Source: Candidatus Moraniibacteriota bacterium
GTDB taxonomy: Bacteria > Patescibacteriota > Minisyncoccia > Moranbacterales > UBA2206
Length of the DNA stretch: 24,000 nucleotides
Assembly: GCA_037137555.1 (NCBI GenBank)
Contig: JBAXKA010000010.1
Coordinates: forward strand, 1,051 to 25,050
Reading direction: 5' to 3'
A program made the position numbers and the translations under genes. Shown here in pieces: positions 8,791 to 15,178 of the stretch (positions are counted from its first letter, which is position 1; every line of letters begins with the position of its first letter). The notes beneath the pieces were generated by a model that ran no database searches, was not told the DNA's origin, and was given only the letters and a program-made list of their open reading frames with translations.

Positions 8791-9095
8791 TTTCTTCCAA
8801 TTTTACTTTCATATATTATTTTTTGTTCTCTTAAGATTGTATCTTTCAAAAGTGGATGAATTCCTCCATAAGAAACAACGTCAACATTCCTGCCAAGCTC
8901 ATCCTCTAGTTCAATTTTAAGCCCAACAAGATCAAGTAAGCTCTTGTTTCTAGCCAGTTTCACGAGAATATCAATATCGCTTGCTTTTGTTTCCTCACCT
9001 CTTGCGAACGAACCAAAAAGAGCCGCCTTAAGAACTCCTTGGCGCTTTAGAATAGGAACTATTTTATTTTCGATAGTTAATGTTGTCATAATCAT
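8766..9095 (-). CDS. MntA-type minimal nucleotidyltransferase (antitoxin partner of HepT)
   Basis: LFGSFARGEETKASDIDILV is the G-S-x10-D-x-D Pol-beta-type NTase motif. The size is about 100 aa. The tail SKIGRKWQDCEMF reads into the HepT remnant in another frame. Confidence 0.85.
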   Translation of the reverse strand: MIMTTLTIENKIVPILKRQGVLKAALFGSFARGEETKASDIDILVKLARNKSLLDLVGLKIELEDELGRNVDVVSYGGIHPLLKDTILREQKIIYESKIGRKWQDCEMF

Positions 9096-9131
9096 ATTTT
9101 AGCAAAAGATTTGAAAATGAGCAACACAAAT

Positions 9132-9584
9132 TCATTTCCCCAACTCCTCCTCCGCTAATCGCTTAACTAAATTTCCGTCAGCCTGACCTTTCAGTTTTCC
9201 CATCGCTTGTCCCATTACTTTTCCAATATCCGCAAGACTAGTAGCACCAACTTGTGCGATTATTGTTCGCACTGTTTCACGCACAACTTCATCAGCTAAT
9301 TGTGCTGGCAAATAAACTGAAAGGATTTCAATTTCTTGATTTTCTTTTTCCACAAGATCCGCTCGTCCTCCGGAAAGATATTGCGTCGAAGCATCTCTTC
9401 TTTGCTTAACTGCTTTTGCAATCACATCAAGCACTTCTTCATCCGAAAGACCAGCTTCTCTTTTTTGCTTTTCAATTTCAACATTTTTCACCATCGAATC
9501 AAGCATTCTAAGTGTATCTCGCTTAGTTGTATCACCAGCCTTCATGGCCGTTTTTAGATCATCAAGAATTTTTTGTTTTAACAT
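9132..9584 (-). CDS. yqeY: GatB/YqeY domain protein
   Basis: 150 aa, MLKQKILDDLKTAMKAGD...RDTLRML...EIEILSVYLP. It lies directly downstream of rpsU, as in many Gram-positive-type genomes. Confidence 0.9.
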   Translation of the reverse strand: MLKQKILDDLKTAMKAGDTTKRDTLRMLDSMVKNVEIEKQKREAGLSDEEVLDVIAKAVKQRRDASTQYLSGGRADLVEKENQEIEILSVYLPAQLADEVVRETVRTIIAQVGATSLADIGKVMGQAMGKLKGQADGNLVKRLAEEELGK

Positions 9585-9602
9585 AAAATTTGAAAAAAAT
9601 AA

Positions 9603-9857
9603 TTATTTGATTAATTTCTTTTTAACATTCTTGAAATTTTGATCATCAAACTTGCCCATTTTCTTAAGCTTGTTAACAACTTTTCGCACCTTAACTTTAT
9701 ACATCGCACCAGCACGCATTTCACTTTTGCTTTTTTCATCAACACGAAAACGCACTTTTCTAGCACGCATTAAAACTCCACTTTGTTGAATACGACGACT
9801 AAATCGTCTAATCAGACTTTCTGGTGATTCGCGTTCTTTTCTTTTTACTTCAATCAT
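9603..9857 (-). CDS. rpsU: 30S ribosomal protein S21
   Basis: MIEVKRKERESPESLIRRFSRRIQQSGVLMRARKVRF is canonical bS21. Confidence 0.95.
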   Translation of the reverse strand: MIEVKRKERESPESLIRRFSRRIQQSGVLMRARKVRFRVDEKSKSEMRAGAMYKVKVRKVVNKLKKMGKFDDQNFKNVKKKLIK

Positions 9858-9862
9858 AAAAA

Positions 9863-9869
9863 CCTCCTT
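9863..9869 (-). promoter_or_regulatory. Strong Shine-Dalgarno of rpsU (AAGGAGG, 5-nt spacer)
   Basis: The reverse strand reads GAAAGGAGGUUUUUAUG. It is the only GGAGG-type ribosome-binding site I found in front of any called gene in the window. Confidence 0.7.
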
Positions 9870-9885
9870 TCTAAATTTACAAAAA

Positions 9886-10242
9886 TTACGAAACGGCTAG
9901 GGGGTGAATATTCTCGAAAAGCTGTGTTCCACCAATTAAATGCATATGCAAGTGTGAAACCTCTTGCCCGCCCCATTCCCCGACCCGAGTTAATAGTTTA
10001 TACCCTTTTGGCGAAATGTCAAAATCCACTGCAATTTTCTTTGCCACCATAATCATTCTACCCATGAGTTCCACATCCTCATCCGTAATATCATTTAGAC
10101 TTTCAATATGCTTTTTGGGAATAATTAGCACATGCACAGGAGCAAGTGGCCGAGCATCATTAAATGCCAAAATATCTTCGTCTTCATAAACAACCACGGC
10201 TGGAATTTCTTTTTTAATAATTTTGCAAAATATACATTCCAT
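9886..10242 (-). CDS. HIT-family (histidine triad) nucleotide hydrolase
   Basis: MECIFCKII...PKKHI...HLHMHLIGG (HxHxHxx triad). I place the start at the ATG at 10242, 13 nt after the hisS stop, rather than the track start at 10296, which overlaps hisS. Confidence 0.9.
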   Translation of the reverse strand: MECIFCKIIKKEIPAVVVYEDEDILAFNDARPLAPVHVLIIPKKHIESLNDITDEDVELMGRMIMVAKKIAVDFDISPKGYKLLTRVGEWGGQEVSHLHMHLIGGTQLFENIHPLAVS

Positions 10243-10255
10243 ATATTTATTTTTT

Positions 10256-11659
10256 TTAATTAATAATCTCGTCATGATTATGATACACAACGACATTATC
10301 TGTTTTTAATTTTTTCTTAATATTATCGATCAATTTTTCCATACTAACTGTTTCTTGCACGCCAGTCGTCATGTTTTTAATGATCACTGTTCCATCGAGC
10401 GTTTCTTTTTGACCAAGAATTAATGTCAATTCAACTCCCAAACGATTAGCAATTTTTAATTGTGATTTGAGACTTCCACGACCAAAACTTTCTGCGGTAA
10501 GAATGCCATTTTTTTCTAATTCCGAAAACAACCGCAAACTTTTTTTCTTAGCCAAGCCACCAAGTTGTGCCAAAAATACGCGTGGCTTCATTGGCTTATA
10601 TGCCTTTGCTTGCACTCTTTTCATTTCAGAAATTATGCGCTCAAGTCCCACAGCAAAACCAATAGCTGGCGTGTCCTCACCGCCCATTATTTTTATTAGT
10701 TTATCATACCGACCACCACCACCCAGAGAATATTTCTTGCCTTCTTCTGAGCCAGACCAAATTTCAAAAACCGTTTTTGTATAATAATCCAAACCACGCA
10801 CTAAGCGCGGATTGATTGTGTATGGCAAATCAAGTTCGTCTAAATATTCCAGAAGCGTTTTGAAGTGCGTATGGCAATCTGCACAGAGATGATCAATCGC
10901 TTGTGGTGCAATGGCAGAAACTTGAGAACATTTATCTTCTTTGCAGTCCAATATTCGCAATGGATTTACACTCAATCTTCTTTTGCAATCTTGACATAAT
11001 TTAGTTTTTTTTGATTCCAAATAATTAACCAAAAGATTGTTATAACTTTTTTTGCAAACACCGCAACCAATTGAATTGACCTGAATCTGAATTGATTTCA
11101 AGCCAAGACAGTGTGTTAGACGATAAGCCATCTGAATCATTTGTGCATCCAAAATTGGATCATCCTCACCAAAAGCATCAAAATTAGCTTGATGATGTTC
11201 TCGATAGCGACCTTCTTGTGGCCGATCATAGCGATAAACTGGTCCTATTGAAAAAAGTTTAACCGGTCTTGAAAGCGTGTGCATACCATGTTGAATAAAA
11301 CTCCGACAAATTCCTGCTGTCATTTCTGGACGAAGAGCAACCTTGTCACCACCACGAGTAGTAAAATTATACATTTCTTTTTCCACAATATCCGTGCTAG
11401 TTCCAATATTTCGTGTAAACAAATTGGCAAATTCCAAAATAGGAATATCAATTCTGGAAAATCCATAATCTCGTGCCAATTTTTCAGATACGCGTCTTGC
11501 TTGCTCCCAATAGGCCTGATCATTTGGCAGAACATCTTTCATTCCACGCAAGTTTTGCAAAACCAAAGCCTCTTCTTTTTGTTTTTCTTTCGTTATTTTT
11601 TTAGTCGTTTTTTTAGGAATATTTTTTTTCTTATCAATAACTTTCTTAACTTTAGGCAT
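10256..11659 (-). CDS. hisS: Histidyl-tRNA synthetase (possible ~30-aa Lys-rich N-terminal extension)
   Basis: LRGMKDVLP, ALRPEMTAGICR, GPVYRYDRPQEGRYREHHQ, NPLRILDCK and GGGGRYD motifs are present. The ATG at 11659 is the only ATG upstream of the RGM motif. In-frame TTG codons closer to RGM are alternative starts. Confidence 0.95.
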   Translation of the reverse strand: MPKVKKVIDKKKNIPKKTTKKITKEKQKEEALVLQNLRGMKDVLPNDQAYWEQARRVSEKLARDYGFSRIDIPILEFANLFTRNIGTSTDIVEKEMYNFTTRGGDKVALRPEMTAGICRSFIQHGMHTLSRPVKLFSIGPVYRYDRPQEGRYREHHQANFDAFGEDDPILDAQMIQMAYRLTHCLGLKSIQIQVNSIGCGVCKKSYNNLLVNYLESKKTKLCQDCKRRLSVNPLRILDCKEDKCSQVSAIAPQAIDHLCADCHTHFKTLLEYLDELDLPYTINPRLVRGLDYYTKTVFEIWSGSEEGKKYSLGGGGRYDKLIKIMGGEDTPAIGFAVGLERIISEMKRVQAKAYKPMKPRVFLAQLGGLAKKKSLRLFSELEKNGILTAESFGRGSLKSQLKIANRLGVELTLILGQKETLDGTVIIKNMTTGVQETVSMEKLIDNIKKKLKTDNVVVYHNHDEIIN

Positions 11660-11705
11660 ATCGGTTTGAAATAAAAAATTAAATTAAATAACAAAATAAA
11701 TTATT

Positions 11706-12323
11706 TTAAAATACTGCCATCTCATTTAAAGGCCAAGCTCGCAAAAGCACTTCACCAATTATATTATCATCCGTAACTGGCCCCCAAGCACGCGAATCAG
11801 AACTAAATGCTCGATTATCCCCCATCACAAAATATTCATTATCTTTTAACATTATCACCATGTCGCCTGTAGTTTTTGTGTTTTTGTCCAGATAAGCACT
11901 TTCGTCGGGAGAAAAACCGTCTGGATTTTCTTTGTTGAAAATTTTATAACTACCATTTTTCACTTCAATTTTTTCTCCAGGAAGACCAATGATGCGTTTA
12001 ATAAAAAAAGTGCCAGGATTTTTAGGGTAACGAAAAACGACTACCGTTTGCCTAGCAATATCACGAAAAGCTCCCACTGAAAAAAGTTTCAGATCGCTCA
12101 CTGCCACTGTTGTTTTTTTAAAACCAAATTCATTAACAATTAAATATTGTCCGTTTTGAAAATTTGGTTCCATCGAAGCACCTTGCACAAAGAAAGGTTG
12201 AAATAAAAAAACCCGAATTGGCACAATAATTATAAATGCCAAAAAGATGATTTTGATTATTTCCAAAACAAAACCACCCACGCCAACATATTCTTCTTGT
12301 CTTTTTTGCTCGTTATTATTCAT
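11706..12323 (-). CDS. lepB: Signal peptidase I
   Basis: N-terminal TM helix, GASMEPNF (catalytic Ser), KRIIGLPGEKIE (catalytic Lys box) and GDNRAFSSDSR. Confidence 0.92.
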   Translation of the reverse strand: MNNNEQKRQEEYVGVGGFVLEIIKIIFLAFIIIVPIRVFLFQPFFVQGASMEPNFQNGQYLIVNEFGFKKTTVAVSDLKLFSVGAFRDIARQTVVVFRYPKNPGTFFIKRIIGLPGEKIEVKNGSYKIFNKENPDGFSPDESAYLDKNTKTTGDMVIMLKDNEYFVMGDNRAFSSDSRAWGPVTDDNIIGEVLLRAWPLNEMAVF

Positions 12324-12347
12324 AAAACATCTACTTTACTACTTTTA

Positions 12348-12376
12348 AGCATAGCAGGAAAATATGCATTTGGCAA
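12348..12376 (-). promoter_or_regulatory. Candidate promoter for the lepB-hisS-HIT-rpsU-yqeY run
   Basis: Reverse strand TTGCCA, 17 nt spacer, TATGCT, about 25 nt upstream of the lepB ATG. Confidence 0.35.
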
Positions 12377-12406
12377 GGCCTAGATTTCCCCATATAAAGC
12401 CTTAAT

Positions 12407-12435
12407 TTGACGACGAGGCAAGATCAGGCTATAAT
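12407..12435 (+). promoter_or_regulatory. Candidate promoter of the LCP-pth unit; predicts a leaderless mRNA
   Basis: TTGACG (12407-12412), 17-nt spacer, TATAAT (12430-12435). The ATG at 12442 begins 7 nt after the -10 hexamer. Confidence 0.55.
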
Positions 12436-12441
12436 TAAACT

Positions 12442-13920
12442 ATGCAAACAAAACAACTATTTTTAAGAGTATTTCTCTTGTCTATCATCCTCTTCCTGCT
12501 TGGTGCGATTGCGTATGGTGCTTTTTTTCTCTATAAATTAAATACGCTTAATAACAAAGTCAATATTTATCAAAAATCCGAAAATTTACTAGAAACATTT
12601 ACGGCTATCACGCAAATCACCAAAAAAAATAATTTTTCAGAACTCAAGCAGACTAATGCTGAAATAATCAATATTCTACTTTTAGGCGTGGCCGGAAAGG
12701 GCAAGCCAGGGCAAAATCTGACAGACACAATCATGCTTGCCACGATCAATCTCAAAACAAATCAAGTTGCGCTGATTTCGCTTCCTCGTGATTTATATGT
12801 CAATGTTGCTAATTCTGGTTGGCAAACAAAAATCAATGCCGTTTATCAATCCGGCTTAAATAATGCTAAAAGTGAAAGCGAATCTATCGAACCACTTTTA
12901 GCGACAATAAAAAACACCACTTCGCTGGATATTCATTACTATGCCGTGCTTAATTTTGATAGCTTCAAACAAATAATTGATGCCCTTGGTGGAATAAATA
13001 TCACCAACGAAAGAGATATTTATGACGCTCGTTATCCTGGTGCAAATTATAGCTATGAAACTTTTGATCTCAAAAAAGGCTTTCAACATTTGGATGGCGA
13101 GCTAGCTTTAAAGTATGCCCGAGAAAGACATGATGATCCTGAGGGAGATTTTGGTAGAGCCAAGAGACAGCAACAAATATTGCAAGCAACAAAAAACAAA
13201 ATATTCTCGACAAAAATTTTATTTGATCTTTTTTCAATCAATAATCTTTTTAATGCTCTTGGGGAAAATATCAAAACCAATATTTCTTCCAGTGAGCTAG
13301 AAAACTTTTTTGAATTAAGCAAAAAGCTTGATACTAATAATATTGTCAATGCCAATGTTGACGCCTGGAATAAAGATAGCTTACTTAAAGTTTCACATGT
13401 TTTTTATGGCGACACACCGGCCTTTATTCTTATTCCTCGTGTAGGCAATTTCAGCGAAATTCATGAACTCGCTCAAAATATTTTTGACTTAAATAAATTA
13501 AAAAGACGCCGAGAAGAAATTACCAAAGAAAATGCGCTTGTTGCACTTATCAATAAAAGCGGTGATAATGATATTGTAATTAAAATAAAAAAACTGCTCA
13601 ATGAAAATCTCGTCTACAAAAATGTTATCATTCTTAATGATCCCAATAAAAATCTAGAAGATGCCACTAATGTTTATGATGCGACATCTGGCATAAAACC
13701 ATTCACACTTGATGAAATTGCCACGCGCCTTCCAGCTAAAGTTTTTTATGCCTTGCCAGAAAAATATAAAAAAATAATTGATAAAAAAACACCAGATATT
13801 ATTCTAGTTATTGGCAAAGATATGATTGATAAATATAATATGCCAGAAGATTCAATTGAAGATTTCAAAAAAGCCCAAGATGATCAAGATTATTTAAATA
13901 TGCAAAATAAATCTAATTAA
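12442..13920 (+). CDS. LytR-CpsA-Psr (LCP) family glycopolymer-peptidoglycan ligase with long C-terminal extension
   Basis: N-terminal TM anchor, ILLLGVAG...TDTIMLATINLKTNQVALISLPRDLYV, ALKYARERHDDPEGDFGRAKRQQQIL. About 150 further residues have no domain I recognise. Confidence 0.9.
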   Translation: MQTKQLFLRVFLLSIILFLLGAIAYGAFFLYKLNTLNNKVNIYQKSENLLETFTAITQITKKNNFSELKQTNAEIINILLLGVAGKGKPGQNLTDTIMLATINLKTNQVALISLPRDLYVNVANSGWQTKINAVYQSGLNNAKSESESIEPLLATIKNTTSLDIHYYAVLNFDSFKQIIDALGGINITNERDIYDARYPGANYSYETFDLKKGFQHLDGELALKYARERHDDPEGDFGRAKRQQQILQATKNKIFSTKILFDLFSINNLFNALGENIKTNISSSELENFFELSKKLDTNNIVNANVDAWNKDSLLKVSHVFYGDTPAFILIPRVGNFSEIHELAQNIFDLNKLKRRREEITKENALVALINKSGDNDIVIKIKKLLNENLVYKNVIILNDPNKNLEDATNVYDATSGIKPFTLDEIATRLPAKVFYALPEKYKKIIDKKTPDIILVIGKDMIDKYNMPEDSIEDFKKAQDDQDYLNMQNKSN

Positions 13921-13931
13921 TAAAAAAATTT

Positions 13932-14480
13932 ATGAAATTAATTATCGGACTAGGCAATCCTGGTCAAAAATATCAAAATACTCGCCACAATCTTGGCTTT
14001 ATCTTTCTCGAAAAATTACAAGAAAAATGGTTATTTCCTGATTTTAAATTAGCCCAGAAATTCAATGCCGAGTTATCCAGCGGTGAAATAAATAATCAAA
14101 AAATTATGCTTGTCAAACCACAAAGTTTCATGAATTTATCAGGAGAAGTAGTGAATAAAATTTTAACATTCTATAAACTCACGCCCGAAAATTTATTAGT
14201 TTTGCATGATGACAAGGATTTGTTTTGTGGAAAATATAAATTAACCCTTGATTCTTCATCGGCCGGCCATAATGGCGTACAAAATATTATCGATCAGTTG
14301 GACACAAAAAAATTCGCTCGCTTGCGAGTTGGCATTAAAACAGAACCGATTGATCGTGCCATGACGCAACCAGAAGTCAGTGATTTTGTTTTGGGAAAAT
14401 TAACGCCAGAAGAATTAGAAAAAATCGGACAAATAACACCAGAAGTTTTAGCAGAAATTGAAAAAAATATTGTTACCTAG
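13932..14480 (+). CDS. pth: Peptidyl-tRNA hydrolase
   Basis: MKLIIGLGNPGQKYQNTRHNLGF, FMNLSGE, VLHDD and GHNGVQNI motifs. Confidence 0.97.
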   Translation: MKLIIGLGNPGQKYQNTRHNLGFIFLEKLQEKWLFPDFKLAQKFNAELSSGEINNQKIMLVKPQSFMNLSGEVVNKILTFYKLTPENLLVLHDDKDLFCGKYKLTLDSSSAGHNGVQNIIDQLDTKKFARLRVGIKTEPIDRAMTQPEVSDFVLGKLTPEELEKIGQITPEVLAEIEKNIVT

Positions 14481-14500
14481 TTTTTTCAAAAAAATGACCC

Positions 14501-14529
14501 TTGACAATTATTATTATTATAAATACAAT
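14501..14529 (+). promoter_or_regulatory. Near-consensus sigma70-type promoter driving the candidate sRNA
   Basis: TTGACA (14501-14506), 17-nt spacer, TACAAT (14524-14529). Two overlapping TATAAT hexamers follow (14530-14535 and 14535-14540). Confidence 0.5.
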
Positions 14530-14535
14530 TATAAT

Positions 14536-14673
14536 ATAATCTATACTGTCTCGTGGGACTGAAATGCAGGAAATCGGCTCTACTGCGGAGCGTTAGTAGA
14601 CTCCTCTGGAGTATCCAACGCGCTACGATGGGGGTTGCCGTTCCCCCAGTCCCATAAGAGAGTATAGTTTTTT
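14536..14673 (+). ncRNA. Candidate structured small RNA of unknown class (four-helix junction, long closing stem, U-tract)
   Basis: GC-rich island in AT-rich DNA. The closing helix 14541-14560/14648-14667 spans 20 positions: 17 Watson-Crick pairs, 1 G-U pair, 2 mismatches. T6 follows at 14668-14673. Internal hairpins are 14565-14569/14583-14587, 14590-14594/14617-14621 enclosing 14600-14604/14608-14612, and GGGGG/CCCCC at 14630-14634/14643-14647. The strand is chosen from promoter and U-tract. The ends are predictions. Confidence 0.5.
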
Positions 14674-15134
14674 ATTATATATTTTTCATCTCTTATTCGA
14701 AAAGCGGTAGAAACTTGAATTTCTCTTACTGTTAAATCTGCACTAGCTTTATTACTTCCAGCTAGTTCATTGCACTCGCGAACAACTGAAGAAATTTCTA
14801 AAATTTCAACGGCACAAAGATATTCCTCGTTACTAATTCTCTTAGTAAGACAAAAATCGCCCCTTTTTCCTTCCGCATTTCCATATATCCTATCAGGACA
14901 TTTTACTATTTCATGCAAATGATCAATGATAAATAAAAATTCTTCCGCCGGTCTTTTATCAAATAAATGTTTTACGCAACGAGATGTTATATAAACATTT
15001 TTTGCTGAATTTTTAATTTCGATACCTTCGATAACAGCTTCAGTGAGCCGACACAAAAGTACTTTGCGATTAGCAACTATTGCTTTTTGCGGAGTGCCTT
15101 TTATATAATTTTCAAAAAATTTACTCAAATACAT
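14580..15134 (-). CDS. Hypothetical protein, putative BECR-fold (PBECR-like) RNase
   Basis: 184 aa. The pattern NVYITSRCVKHLFDKRPAEEF...IIDHLHEIVKCPDRIY...EYLCAVEILE...IQVSTAFRIRDEKYIIKNYTLLWD matches, from memory, small phage/plasmid PBECR nuclease-fold proteins (xHxxxKHPxD, IxxNPDxI, VAVx, TxF). The last ~28 aa are read through the GC-rich RNA candidate and may not be native. Function is not verified. Confidence 0.45.
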   Translation of the reverse strand: MYLSKFFENYIKGTPQKAIVANRKVLLCRLTEAVIEGIEIKNSAKNVYITSRCVKHLFDKRPAEEFLFIIDHLHEIVKCPDRIYGNAEGKRGDFCLTKRISNEEYLCAVEILEISSVVRECNELAGSNKASADLTVREIQVSTAFRIRDEKYIIKNYTLLWDWGNGNPHRSALDTPEESTNAPQ

Positions 15135-15178
15135 AGCTTTTGTCGAGTGTAATTTTTGTTATTCTACAAGAATAATTT

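Noticed and set aside
10243-10296. Track start of the HIT protein (136 aa) overlapping the end of hisS
   Set aside because: The extra 18 residues (MSLCIIIMTRLLIKKNKY) are not HIT-like and overlap the hisS coding sequence. The internal ATG at 10242 gives the canonical MECIFCKI start.
10850-11080. Cys-rich insertion in HisRS (CGVC...CQDC...DCKEDKC...CADC) as a novel zinc module
   Set aside because: I recall the NPLR(I/V)LDCK...C pattern from ordinary Firmicutes-type HisRS insertion domains, so I treat it as a family feature.
14555-14654. tRNA or tRNA-Sec reading of the RNA candidate (7-bp GGGACUG/CAGUCCC acceptor-like stem contiguous with a 5-bp T-like arm)
   Set aside because: 68 nt lie between the acceptor and the T-like arm, against 41-55 in real tRNAs. 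The T-like loop UUGCCGU(U) lacks the UUCRA consensus. No stem presents a 7-nt anticodon loop, since the apical loop is 3 nt. The helix continues far beyond 7 bp. I keep it only as a cloverleaf-like topology.
14541-14667. MITE or IS remnant defined by the 20-21-bp imperfect inverted repeats
   Set aside because: There is no flanking target-site duplication (left flank TAAT, right flank TTTT). The right arm is part of the coding tail (YTLLWD) of the adjacent ORF rather than inserted DNA. No second copy occurs in the window. This is not fully excluded without genome-wide repeat counts.
14536-14673. SRP (4.5S) RNA or 6S RNA
   Set aside because: The near-universal SRP domain IV sequence (GGAA tetraloop flanked by the AGCAGC-type symmetric loop) is absent on both strands. 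The candidate is too short for 6S RNA and lacks a central open-promoter-like bubble.
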